DNA of 64,000 nt from positions 62,001 to 126,000 of IMG/VR virus record IMGVR_UViG_3300027621_000003; one strand, given 5' to 3'. Under the pieces are notes generated by a model that was given only the letters and a program-made list of their open reading frames with translations, was not told the origin of the DNA and did not search any database. Of this stretch, positions 48,211-57,991 are shown one piece after another. Every line of letters begins with the position of its first letter. The first letter of the stretch is position 1. The translations under genes were made by a program, and so were the position numbers.

Positions 48211-48308
48211 TAATATTCATGTGTATAAATTGTTTATTGTTTGAAAAAAAATAATCTAATTTGTTTCTATTGTCAAATTTTTACCAACTTTGTATTATTT
48301 ACTATAAT

Positions 48309-48497
48309 ATGTTAAAAGTAAAAATTGATGCAAAAACTCCTTTGGAAAAAGCCTTGAAACAATTAAAAGGAAAGGTAATTAAAACCAAGCAAAATGAAAA
48401 ATTGAGAGAAAGACTTCAATATGAAAAACCATCTGTTACACGTAGAGTTCAAAAATTAAAGGCTCAATACGTTGAATCACAAAAACCTAAAGATTAA
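48309..48497 (+). CDS. rpsU: Ribosomal protein bS21 (phage-encoded); start at ATG 48309
   Basis: MLKVKIDAKTPLEKALKQLKGKVIKTKQNEKLRERLQYEKPSVTRRVQKLKAQY: LEKAL..K..LRER..YEKPS..RR bS21 signature, 62 aa. Confidence 0.85.
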   Translation: MLKVKIDAKTPLEKALKQLKGKVIKTKQNEKLRERLQYEKPSVTRRVQKLKAQYVESQKPKD

Positions 48498-49198
48498 TTA
48501 ATATTATTATACAAATTGTATAATTTTACATAATTGATTTTAGAAAACACCTCACCTTTAATTTGTTGGATGGTTTCTTGTAATTTTTTTGTTGTACTTT
48601 CATCCATTGATTCATTAAGATTACTTAATGAATGAATTGTTTTTGTTTTTAATTCTTCAAATTCTTTGGATAATTCAGTATCTTCAGTCATTAACACTTT
48701 AGATAAGTCTCTTTTAGAATCCTCATCTAAATTTTCAATATAAGAACTAATTTCTCTATTGGCAATATTCAATAAAGTTTCCATTGGTAGTTGTATCGCA
48801 GTTTTAACTTCAGTGGTTTCACTTAAAGTTTTTATCAAAGTGTTTCTGCTTTCAACATTCTCCATAATTTTATCAGGAGAATTATAAATTAAATTGTCAA
48901 TATTTTTGTAGTTATTTTCACTAACAACATCTTTAACCCAATATTCAATTTTTTGGGTATTTAATTTCGGAAGAATTTTTTCAACTTGTCTTAAAGATTC
49001 ATTGATGTAAGCCTCAGATAATGTCTTATCATAACCTTTTTTCTTGGACAATTCAGTATAAATGTAAAACATTGTACTAACATTTTTGTTTTCCAATACC
49101 AATTTTTTGAAGTTCCTCACCTCAAATTTTGTTGTTTCATTTACATAAGAATTAACCATTAATCCTTCAATTTTGCTAAGTAATTGTCCAAATTTCAT
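48494..49198 (-). CDS. Hypothetical head-module protein (likely start MKFGQLL at 49198)
   Basis: Helical protein with many xxE motifs; ATATTTATT at 49202-49210. Confidence 0.6.
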   Translation of the reverse strand: MKFGQLLSKIEGLMVNSYVNETTKFEVRNFKKLVLENKNVSTMFYIYTELSKKKGYDKTLSEAYINESLRQVEKILPKLNTQKIEYWVKDVVSENNYKNIDNLIYNSPDKIMENVESRNTLIKTLSETTEVKTAIQLPMETLLNIANREISSYIENLDEDSKRDLSKVLMTEDTELSKEFEELKTKTIHSLSNLNESMDESTTKKLQETIQQIKGEVFSKINYVKLYNLYNNIN

Positions 49199-49211
49199 AT
49201 TAATAAATATA

Positions 49212-51020
49212 TCAATCAATTAGTTTTCCTAATTGTTCTTCAATAATACCTAAAGAACGTCTACCTTTTTCCAAATCAATTTCATCAACACCATAAACAT
49301 TATCTCTTTCTAATAATATATTCATATTCTTTTTAACAGATTCAGGTGTGATTGCAGTTTCACCTTCAGCCGGTGGAAGTTCACCTCCTGCCGGTGGAGC
49401 TCCACCTAAATCAGCCCCTAATCCACCACCTTCAGCCGGTGGAGATGTTGTTCCTGATGATGGACCATTACCATAAAGTTTATCAATATTATCGAATAAT
49501 CCGGTATGTGTTATAACATTAGGTGTTGCTTCAATTTCAGCGGCAACCGCTTTCTCAACTCTTTGTTGTTGTAAATCAAGTTTAATATCTTCATCAGAAA
49601 AACCAAGAATGTGTTTCTTAGCCCATGTTTGTGATGTTGGAGCGATACCTTCAACCTTTGTTACAGCGTCTTTGTACAACAACATTTTTTCTTTCCAAAC
49701 ATCTATTGTTAGTAAGTCAGCTTGTTTAGATGGGTTAGTTAAACTCAATTGGAACGAGTTTAATTCGTCTTCAAAACCCAATAAAAATAAATGAACAATT
49801 GCAATTTTGTTAAGTTCTGCAACCATAGATTTTTGAATTCTATTGATTGTTCTTGCAAAACGAATATCTTGTAACGATAAATTTCTACCATCACCAACAA
49901 CCTCTTCAAATCCCAAGAATGCTTTTGGTATTCTTAACGCTGTTAAAAGTTTCTTTTGAATGTATTCAATGTCGGCAATCTCCGATAAGTTTGTCGCTCC
50001 TGGCAAAGTCTCAATTGGGTTTGGTGATGCCGGGTCTCTAACAGGTACAAAGAAATCTTGGTCAACCGCCATTTGATTGAATCTCATATCTACGTTTCCT
50101 GTTTGTGGGTCAGTTACTTGGTCTTTTTTAAATTGTTGAGCAAATCTTTGAACGTATGGTTGAATATCTGCATCATCCATGTTACCAACAAATACCTTAA
50201 ATACACGTCTTTCTGGTGCTCTTGATGTTCTATATACCAACATAGCATCTTCAGCAAGAATTAATTGTTTCCAAATTCTTCTTGCCTTTTCCAACATGGC
50301 GGTACCATATGGTAATTTTCTATCATCACCCAATAATCTAAAGTGAGCAACTTCCCAACTATTAAATTCCAAACTTTTGTTTTTCCAAGTAAATGTTAGG
50401 CTTTTGGCATCGCTACCCGAAGCAACCGCTCCACCCATACCTGAAGTTGCTTTACCTTTCATACCAACTTCAATACGTTCAATTTCAATGTTTGGTAATT
50501 GTAAACAACCAACAACACCTCTTTCAGGGTCCAACTTTAAAAACACGAAGTTGTCACCATATTTTGCGGTATTACGTGTCCACATTGGTAAGTTTGTGTT
50601 AATGTCCAAAGCGTTATTAAATAAATCTCCCAATACAGCCTTAATTCTTGGAGAATCGGAGTATATTTGTAACATGTATCCATTCTCATCAACTGTTGTT
50701 GATTCTTCAGCGTATGTATCTAATGCTGCAGAAATTTCAGGAGTATATTCCATTGACTCATAATCATAATACGATGCCAATCTAGTTGGTTGATAATAAA
50801 CCGCTTGTGAATATAAATTATTTTCAATTTTAGCCCATTGGCTTGTAATATAATATGTTTGTCTGGCTTGGAGTTTTTGTTTTTCATACTCATCCTTGTC
50901 AGTAGTTCTTAATAGTTCTTTTTTATCAAACTTATAAGTAGGTATGTCTTGACCCAACAATGAATTTGGTCCAAGTTCTTGGGACAATCGTTGCCATATT
51001 GTCAAGTTTTTTTCTTCCAT
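49212..51020 (-). CDS. Portal protein (T4 gp20-like)
   Basis: YESMEYTPEISAALD, KYGDNF, VAHFRL, EDAMLVYRTSRAPERRVF, IETLPGA, LRIPKAFL, QDIRFARTINRIQ. Confidence 0.93.
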   Translation of the reverse strand: MEEKNLTIWQRLSQELGPNSLLGQDIPTYKFDKKELLRTTDKDEYEKQKLQARQTYYITSQWAKIENNLYSQAVYYQPTRLASYYDYESMEYTPEISAALDTYAEESTTVDENGYMLQIYSDSPRIKAVLGDLFNNALDINTNLPMWTRNTAKYGDNFVFLKLDPERGVVGCLQLPNIEIERIEVGMKGKATSGMGGAVASGSDAKSLTFTWKNKSLEFNSWEVAHFRLLGDDRKLPYGTAMLEKARRIWKQLILAEDAMLVYRTSRAPERRVFKVFVGNMDDADIQPYVQRFAQQFKKDQVTDPQTGNVDMRFNQMAVDQDFFVPVRDPASPNPIETLPGATNLSEIADIEYIQKKLLTALRIPKAFLGFEEVVGDGRNLSLQDIRFARTINRIQKSMVAELNKIAIVHLFLLGFEDELNSFQLSLTNPSKQADLLTIDVWKEKMLLYKDAVTKVEGIAPTSQTWAKKHILGFSDEDIKLDLQQQRVEKAVAAEIEATPNVITHTGLFDNIDKLYGNGPSSGTTSPPAEGGGLGADLGGAPPAGGELPPAEGETAITPESVKKNMNILLERDNVYGVDEIDLEKGRRSLGIIEEQLGKLID

Positions 51021-51050
51021 AGTAAAAAGTTAATATATATGTATTTTTTA

Positions 51051-52820
51051 TCAACGCTTATATCCGCCGAACACCCATAAATAGTCTTGATAATCCTTTT
51101 GTGTTGGTTGATTTTGATATGCAATATTTGTTTTATATTGTGTATTTGGCATTGCCGGGTTAAAGTATTGTTCTTTTGGTGGGTCATAAGAAGTAACCTG
51201 CCAAGATTCCAACATTGTTTTTGCCTGTTGTGTGACCTTTGTAAGTTGTGAAAAAGATGAATCAGATACATAAACAGCCATAGCCAAAGACATAATTAAA
51301 TCATCATGTTGTCCTTTCATGTGGTCAGGTCTTCCATTAATATAAACAAATGTATTCATTTCATTCAATAATCTTGATGAATGAACTTTTAATCCGTGTC
51401 TTAATCCTTCCTCAAGAGCAGCAATAATTTGAACTCTTTTATTGTTAAAGTTAATACCAGGAATTTTTTCAGCCGCCTTTGGGTCATATTTCCATTTGTT
51501 ACCAAAATCTACACCATCAACATACAAATCTTTATATCCTAATTCTTGGAGTTTTCTTGCGGTAGCAACTCCCATACCACCCGTGATATCCACAACAATG
51601 AAACAGTTGTACATGTTACCCCATTTGTAAGCAATTTCTGCCAATACATCAGGAGGAAGTTTTCCAATATACTCAGCAACTTGGTCTCTTTCGTCAAAAT
51701 CATAAATTTGGAATGTTGAATAATCTTCAGAGTCCCCACGAGAAACGTCCACACCCATAATGTATCTGTGACCCATTTCAGGTTCTTTCCATATCCAAAG
51801 TCCACCACCCATCATTTTATTGATAGGTTCTTTAATCATATTATCTGTGATATTTTTAATTAAGTTAGAATCAAATACGTTATCACCTGAACCCAAAAAA
51901 TTACATTCCAATTCCTGTGAAACTTTACGCTTATCATACTTAAGTTTTTTAACCATCGCCTCAAACCAAGAGGAACATGGTTTATAACCTAAATCAAAAT
52001 AGGCTTTTAACTCATCATAATTTCTTTCATAAGGGTCACGACCTGAAAAATCAACAACACTATCGGCGGTATATTCTTCACGGTTTAACAGATAATGAAT
52101 AATTTCATTTGTTTTAACCAAATATAAATCTTTTGTATAACGAGGGTCACGATACCAATACATTTCTGTAATTTTGAAATCGTTCATTCCACGATTGGCT
52201 TGTTCGTAGATTTCATAGTAAATTGGGTCATATCCGTTTGGTGTTGATACAACAACAACTTTACCACCCGTAGACAACGAAGCCATACAGGCAGCCCAGA
52301 AATCACCATCCGCCTCAATATACGCAGCTTCATCAAATATCAACATAGTGGGGCTATAACCACGAAGTGCATCTTTTGATGTCGCAACGGCTTTAACTTC
52401 ACAACCGTTTGTTAATTTAAAATGTCTTGCCGCGTTTTTATCTGGTGAAAAACTTACACCAACCCAAGCAGGCCATTGTTCAGTAAATCCACGTATTTTG
52501 TTTGCCATTTCCACGGCAGTGTCCAATTTGTTCGCAATAATCAAAACCTTTTCAGGTCTTTGTTTTGATGCAAATACAAGTCTTTTACTTGCCCAAGCCG
52601 CAGTCACGGTAGATACACCCGCCTGACGGTATTTTAATGCAATGTTTTCGTTATAGGATTCATAATCCTCAACCAAATTAACTTGGTCAGGAAATAACTC
52701 TAATGGGACGTATCTTGACTGAGTATTATCATAAGTCTGAAGATACGTCTTAAGAGCGTATGGTGTATTTTTTATACACCTTGAATATTCTAATAGTAAT
52801 TGTTCTCTGGTTAAACCCAT
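51051..52820 (-). CDS. Terminase large subunit (T4 gp17-like)
   Basis: KYRQAGVST Walker A variant, LIFDEAA Walker B, VSTPNG, QELEC.F, GVDVSRG, HDDLIMS. Confidence 0.93.
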   Translation of the reverse strand: MGLTREQLLLEYSRCIKNTPYALKTYLQTYDNTQSRYVPLELFPDQVNLVEDYESYNENIALKYRQAGVSTVTAAWASKRLVFASKQRPEKVLIIANKLDTAVEMANKIRGFTEQWPAWVGVSFSPDKNAARHFKLTNGCEVKAVATSKDALRGYSPTMLIFDEAAYIEADGDFWAACMASLSTGGKVVVVSTPNGYDPIYYEIYEQANRGMNDFKITEMYWYRDPRYTKDLYLVKTNEIIHYLLNREEYTADSVVDFSGRDPYERNYDELKAYFDLGYKPCSSWFEAMVKKLKYDKRKVSQELECNFLGSGDNVFDSNLIKNITDNMIKEPINKMMGGGLWIWKEPEMGHRYIMGVDVSRGDSEDYSTFQIYDFDERDQVAEYIGKLPPDVLAEIAYKWGNMYNCFIVVDITGGMGVATARKLQELGYKDLYVDGVDFGNKWKYDPKAAEKIPGINFNNKRVQIIAALEEGLRHGLKVHSSRLLNEMNTFVYINGRPDHMKGQHDDLIMSLAMAVYVSDSSFSQLTKVTQQAKTMLESWQVTSYDPPKEQYFNPAMPNTQYKTNIAYQNQPTQKDYQDYLWVFGGYKR

Positions 52821-52832
52821 AAAAGGTTAGTG

Positions 52833-54128
52833 TTAGGACCTGTCAATACCTAAACTACCTAAGAAATCATCTAAATCACTCAAATCATCATCGTCAGGAC
52901 CCATAGTGTCACCATCTTCATCAGTATCATAGTCTTCGTCATCATCACTATGTACTTCATTCAAATGAGCTACAATTTCCTTAACCATTCTGTCCAAGAT
53001 TGATGTTGCTTTTGCATCACCTCTTAAAATCATTTTTGCTAATTTGAAAAACTCATCAGCCGAAAGTGCTGAAAATCTTGCAAAGAGGTAGTTTTGTATG
53101 AATTTTTTATCTTCTTCAAATAATTCTTCAGGATATGCTGCTAAGAATTTTTCCCACAATATTGGACCAATTCTTAAATCCCAAATTTCATTTGATAAGC
53201 TGTCAGTTGATGCCATGACCATTTCGGCTTGTTTTGGGTCATCAGGAAGACCTTGAGTACCCAAGATTTCCATTGTACCTTTAATTAACTCGTGAATTAA
53301 TATAGGAAAAAATACACCTGTCGCTTTAACTGTTGGAGGGTCAGTTTGAATATCTACTTCTTCTTTACCACCAACACCACCTTGACTCATCATCATGTCC
53401 ATCATTTCGTCAGGTAATACCCAATACAATAAATCATTTACAGACATAACAACACCGTACAAATTCAATAAGTCGGGGTCAACTCTATCTAATTCATCTC
53501 TAACTAATTCAAACATGTAATGTCCTTTTTTAGACGAACCTTGAATTAATGCGTTAATAAATCTTCTTTTTGCCTTTTCAATATCAAATCTTTCAAATGC
53601 TGAAATAAAATCTTCAAGGTCTTCTTCTTTTTCTTGGAAATTCTGTTCAACTTCTTCGTCTTCAGGTTCTTCACCTTGTTTTTGAAAACCAGACATATCA
53701 ATTTGACCTGGCATTACAAGTTCAGCAACATAATTAATTTGGTCTGGTCGTACACCCATTTCTTTTCTAACCAAATCAATCGCCAAATTTTCAAGATATT
53801 CTTTATGAGCCATTTGTTTTTGTAACAATTGCATGGCCATAGTCATCATCATTCTTTGTAATTGTTGTAAAGCGTTTCCTCTTGAGATGTCAGCACCAGC
53901 GTTTGGTACATAACGTCTAACTTTAGCAACAACATCTTTAAATCTTTTAGAAGCAACTAATTCTTCAAATGTCTCAGGTAAATTACCCTGTTCAATATTT
54001 GGAAATGCTGGATTTGTAGATAATGGAGTTCCTTTTGAAAGAATTGTTCTTTCAATATCAGGTGACATTCTTTCAGGTCTATCTCCATAATCAATTGGAG
54101 CTTCTCTAACGATTTGTTTCTTTTTCAT
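52833..54128 (-). CDS. Hypothetical protein (head module)
   Basis: 431-aa ORF with acidic tail. Confidence 0.65.
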   Translation of the reverse strand: MKKKQIVREAPIDYGDRPERMSPDIERTILSKGTPLSTNPAFPNIEQGNLPETFEELVASKRFKDVVAKVRRYVPNAGADISRGNALQQLQRMMMTMAMQLLQKQMAHKEYLENLAIDLVRKEMGVRPDQINYVAELVMPGQIDMSGFQKQGEEPEDEEVEQNFQEKEEDLEDFISAFERFDIEKAKRRFINALIQGSSKKGHYMFELVRDELDRVDPDLLNLYGVVMSVNDLLYWVLPDEMMDMMMSQGGVGGKEEVDIQTDPPTVKATGVFFPILIHELIKGTMEILGTQGLPDDPKQAEMVMASTDSLSNEIWDLRIGPILWEKFLAAYPEELFEEDKKFIQNYLFARFSALSADEFFKLAKMILRGDAKATSILDRMVKEIVAHLNEVHSDDDEDYDTDEDGDTMGPDDDDLSDLDDFLGSLGIDRS

Positions 54129-55105
54129 TATTGGTTTTTAAAGTCAATTTTTAATTGGTCAAATTCTAAATAATCAGGAATCTTAACAGTACCCATTTTT
54201 GGAGCTTCAGTAGACGCCTTTGGTTTTGGTTGATGTTTTGGGTTTTTAAAAGGGTCAGAAGTATTTGGTTTTTCTTTAGTACCAGGTTTTACTCTTGTAG
54301 GTGCTGGTGCTGTTTTTGTACCTTGTTCATCCATTTTTTCCGCTTTTGGTTTTGGTTGATGTTTTGGGTTTTTAAAAGGGTCCATTTTACCAGGTTTTTC
54401 CTTTTCTTTAGTACCAGGTTTTACTCTTGTAGGTGCTGTTTTTGTACTTTGTTCCATTGCTTCTTTTTTAGAAACATATGTGTTTTTATTTGATTTGTCC
54501 ATTTTTGTTTCATCAACAAATCCAATCATACTATTTTTAAATGGACGAGAAATTATTCCTTGTTCACTTAAAGTATTTAATAAATCAATTTTAGAAATTT
54601 TTGGTGATATATGTTTTTCAACCATTCTTAATAAAGAAGACTCAACAATTGGTAAATAAGGATTTTTACCTTCTTTAATATTTCTTTTTACATCCATCAC
54701 ACATCTTTCAAATTTTTTCTTATCTTCTCTACCAACTGATGAGGTACAAATTGCATATGGGTTATATTTTGATTTTTTCTTCGCTTCGCTAATATCTTCT
54801 TCTTTGTCAATACCATCATCGCCTTCATCATCCATACCATCAGGTGCTTGTACTTGATGTGGTTCTTGAGTAGTTTGACCAAGTTTTGAATCACTTTTAT
54901 CAACTTCTACACCTTGCTCATAAACTTCAAAAGGTTTTTTCTCGTTTTTTAATTTATCAATTGTTGCGGTGTCAGTTTTTGGTACCATTGTTATTTCAGA
55001 TACCATCATTTTATGCAATTGATTGATTTGACCTTCATTCATTGTTAATAACAATTTATGGCTCAATCCACGTTCCATTAGTTGTTTAATTTTTTTATTT
55101 TTCAT
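54128..55105 (-). CDS. Hypothetical K/P-rich protein with internal duplication
   Basis: Two copies of TKTAP..TRVKPGTKEK..DPFKNPKHQPKPKA; NPYAIC..FERCV motif; start could be 55111. Confidence 0.6.
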   Translation of the reverse strand: MKNKKIKQLMERGLSHKLLLTMNEGQINQLHKMMVSEITMVPKTDTATIDKLKNEKKPFEVYEQGVEVDKSDSKLGQTTQEPHQVQAPDGMDDEGDDGIDKEEDISEAKKKSKYNPYAICTSSVGREDKKKFERCVMDVKRNIKEGKNPYLPIVESSLLRMVEKHISPKISKIDLLNTLSEQGIISRPFKNSMIGFVDETKMDKSNKNTYVSKKEAMEQSTKTAPTRVKPGTKEKEKPGKMDPFKNPKHQPKPKAEKMDEQGTKTAPAPTRVKPGTKEKPNTSDPFKNPKHQPKPKASTEAPKMGTVKIPDYLEFDQLKIDFKNQ

Positions 55106-55493
55106 ATACAACGTCTTTTTCTAATTCTAAAATAATGTCTCTTTCGTACAATTTATCTTTTACTTTCTGTTCTGAATCTCCGAAACGAAAAACAAGACGG
55201 GTCTCATCTTCACAACTTTCATCTTTTTCCCAGGCTAACGCAATTACATCTTCCATTGCGTCTGTGACTCCCATAAAATCAGAGTCCTGTATAAGTTCAA
55301 GTTGGACCACCGTATTTTTCAGTAGTCCAACTTTCTTTATATGTTTTAATTCAGGTGGTTGTGGGTAACCGTGTGCTGGTCTTGAATCCCAATTTTCACC
55401 CCAAACGTCTAATTCATCACTAAAGATAAACTCATACATGTTATCTCCTCTATAATTTGGACCAAGTCCATTAATATAGATTAAATGACTCAT
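55095..55493 (-). CDS. Hypothetical protein
   Basis: 132-aa ORF, overlapping neighbours. Confidence 0.6.
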   Translation of the reverse strand: MSHLIYINGLGPNYRGDNMYEFIFSDELDVWGENWDSRPAHGYPQPPELKHIKKVGLLKNTVVQLELIQDSDFMGVTDAMEDVIALAWEKDESCEDETRLVFRFGDSEQKVKDKLYERDIILELEKDVVYEK

Positions 55494-56959
55494 AAAACTT
55501 CACCTTTTGGTGTTACTCTAATTTGTTCTCCGTTGTGTTCAAACACTAAATTACTTTTGTTTGTTTTTCCAACGAATTTAAAATTATTGTTTTCTTGTAA
55601 GATAAATTCAGACGCCAATTCTTGTTCGTAAGTTTCTGACAATTTTTTAACTTTGTCCATTACTTGTGTTTTTTGTTGCTTTGACTCAACAAGTTTTTTA
55701 CTTTTTGTTTTTTGTTCATTTTCATTTACAACAAAATATGATGATAAAACCTTATCAACTTTAGATTCACTAAAAATTTCATCCATAATTTTAGAAACAT
55801 GAGAATTAACTTTGTCTTCTTCAGACATTTCACTTCCCATTCTTTTAACTCTAACTTTCATTGGACCAAATTTTTCTTTGTATGCGTTGAACATTCTTTC
55901 ACCCTCAGGTCCTTTTTGAAACATCGCATTATTACTATGTTTTTTCATCATTGGTTCAAATTCATCAAACTCTTCCTCGTCAAAATCAAAGTCAAAACCA
56001 CCTTTATATGGTCTATCAGTTTCATCATACCATTCATCGTTTTTAAATGAACCATACATACCTTCTCCCATTTCACCATCAATTGGTTCTTCCATGTCCA
56101 TATCCATATCTACGTCCATATCTTCGTCATCACCCATAGAACCCATATCCATATCTGAATCATAATCAGATTCTTGGTCTTCTTCAAATTTTGACATGAT
56201 ATCTTCTTGGTCTTCTTCGTCAAGTTTGCTCAAATCCAATGCTGACAATAATGAATTAATAACATACTTAACATCTTCAGAAGTCATTCCAACAGAATCA
56301 TTCATCATTCTGATTTTTTGACCCAATTTGCCTGTAAGTTTTTGAATAGTTTTAAATGTAATATCTTCTTCCTCACCAGCCATTGGTTCTTCTTCAGAAC
56401 TCATATCCATATCCATATCACCTTCAGGTGTATCTAATTCCATGTCCATATCCATTTCATCACCAGCTGGCATATCCAAAGATGCATCATCTAATGGTGC
56501 ATCCATTGAACCTTCTTCAGGTGCAGGAGCAGGTGGTGGAAGTTCAGCTGCCGGTTCTGGCATTGGTGCCGGTGCTTTAGGAGTTTTTAATGTAAATTTT
56601 TTTTGTTCTGAAATTTGATACATTGAAACCTCTTCTTCGTTTTCAACAAGTCTATTAATTTCACCTGCCATAAGGTTCAATCTTTTTAATGCTTGTGAAT
56701 AAGAACGATAATACGTTCTATTTTTCATTGGCTCAATGTAATCCAAAGATTCATCAATTCTTTTCTTTATGATGTAACCAGTTTTTTCTTTTACAATCTC
56801 ATACTGATGACCATCTGCTAACGTTTTTTCAAACTCCACTCTTGAAGTTTCATTAATGTTAGATGGTGCGGTTTCTTTATATCTAGAAATTTCAAGGATT
56901 CTATTGATTTTATCTTGTCCTTGTAATCTCTCACTTCCGATTGGTTTTAAGTCAGCCAT
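55490..56959 (-). CDS. Acidic low-complexity head-associated protein
   Basis: D/M/E-rich tracts like the scaffold; multiple INE/ISE/LVE/LSE sites. Confidence 0.55.
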   Translation of the reverse strand: MADLKPIGSERLQGQDKINRILEISRYKETAPSNINETSRVEFEKTLADGHQYEIVKEKTGYIIKKRIDESLDYIEPMKNRTYYRSYSQALKRLNLMAGEINRLVENEEEVSMYQISEQKKFTLKTPKAPAPMPEPAAELPPPAPAPEEGSMDAPLDDASLDMPAGDEMDMDMELDTPEGDMDMDMSSEEEPMAGEEEDITFKTIQKLTGKLGQKIRMMNDSVGMTSEDVKYVINSLLSALDLSKLDEEDQEDIMSKFEEDQESDYDSDMDMGSMGDDEDMDVDMDMDMEEPIDGEMGEGMYGSFKNDEWYDETDRPYKGGFDFDFDEEEFDEFEPMMKKHSNNAMFQKGPEGERMFNAYKEKFGPMKVRVKRMGSEMSEEDKVNSHVSKIMDEIFSESKVDKVLSSYFVVNENEQKTKSKKLVESKQQKTQVMDKVKKLSETYEQELASEFILQENNNFKFVGKTNKSNLVFEHNGEQIRVTPKGEVL

Positions 56960-56983
56960 TTTTATATTTTTTGTTTTTTATGT

Positions 56984-57949
56984 TTAAGAGTTTAATCCAT
57001 TAAATCCACCAAGAGCAACTGAGTCAACTTGGACTACAGACCTTCCTTGTGCATTTGAATATATTGCGTGTGGCATTGCTTGTGTAGTTGTATCACCTGA
57101 ACATGTAATACAATCTTCATATACTATTGTTCCACTACTTGTATTAGTTGTTCCACCTGTAAGAGCAAATCCACTTAAGGTAGGTGTTGGTGTTAAGGTA
57201 GGTGTTTTAGTTACAGTCGCAGTAACACTTGGTGTAACTGTTTTTGTTGGAGTAACCGTTGGTGTTTTAGTTACAGTTGCGGTAACACTTGGTGTAACTG
57301 TTTTTGTTGGAGTAACCGTTGGTGTTTTAGTTACAGTTGCGGTAACACTTGGTGTAACTGTTTTTGTTGGAGTAACACTTGCGGTAACACTTGGTGTTTG
57401 TGTTTTAGTAACACTTGGTGTTGGTGTATTAGTTGTTGTAACTGTTGGTGTAACCGTTTTAGTTACAGTTGCGGTAACACTTGGTGTCACAGTATTTGTT
57501 GCAGTTACAGAAGGTGTTACGGTTTTAGTTGGTGTAACACTTGGTGTTGTAGTATTAGTTGGTGTAAGTGTTGGTGTCGCAGTTTTTGTTGGAGTTACTG
57601 ATGGTGTTGCAGTTTTTGTAACACTTGGTGTAACTGTATTTGTTGGTGTTACAGTAGGTGTTTTAGTTACAGTAGGTGTTACAGTTGCGGTAACACTTGG
57701 TGTTGGAGTAGGTGTTGAGGCTCCTTGACATGTGGCACAGTCATTATAATTTGTAGATTGAGTAGCAACAGTATCAATACCAACACCTGGTTCAGCGGTA
57801 TCTACAATTTCGTAACAACCACTATCAGTTGAACCTACAAATGTTAAGAAATAATTTCCTCCAACAACTGGAAGCGTACTACTACTAAATTCAACTAAAA
57901 TTGCCGATGGTCCTTCACAGGGTGCTATTAAATATGTTACTAATGCCAT
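56984..57949 (-). CDS. Cys-domain protein with long Thr/Pro mucin-like tract (start MALVTY at 57949)
   Basis: N- and C-terminal Cys motifs (YNDCATC, YEDCITC) flanking about 180 aa of TPSVTATVTK repeats; ATATTTATA at 57960-57968. Confidence 0.75.
   Translation of the reverse strand: MALVTYLIAPCEGPSAILVEFSSSTLPVVGGNYFLTFVGSTDSGCYEIVDTAEPGVGIDTVATQSTNYNDCATCQGASTPTPTPSVTATVTPTVTKTPTVTPTNTVTPSVTKTATPSVTPTKTATPTLTPTNTTTPSVTPTKTVTPSVTATNTVTPSVTATVTKTVTPTVTTTNTPTPSVTKTQTPSVTASVTPTKTVTPSVTATVTKTPTVTPTKTVTPSVTATVTKTPTVTPTKTVTPSVTATVTKTPTLTPTPTLSGFALTGGTTNTSSGTIVYEDCITCSGDTTTQAMPHAIYSNAQGRSVVQVDSVALGGFNGLNS
57180..57720. repeat. Thr/Pro coding repeat containing a 60-bp tandem unit
   Basis: 57241-57300 identical to 57301-57360, with degenerate flanking copies. 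Confidence 0.9.
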
Positions 57950-57991
57950 AATTTTACTATATAAATATAGCAATAATGGTAAATTGTTAAA

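Noticed and set aside
48261-48308. N-terminal extension of bS21 in the ORF track (likewise upstream starts at 13780, 14423, 49219, 57973, 62612)
   Set aside because: Extensions overlap promoter motifs or neighbouring genes; downstream ATGs match family N-termini
43167-52820. Inteins or introns in capsid, portal or terminase genes
   Set aside because: No intein terminal motifs, homing endonuclease ORFs or frame interruptions seen
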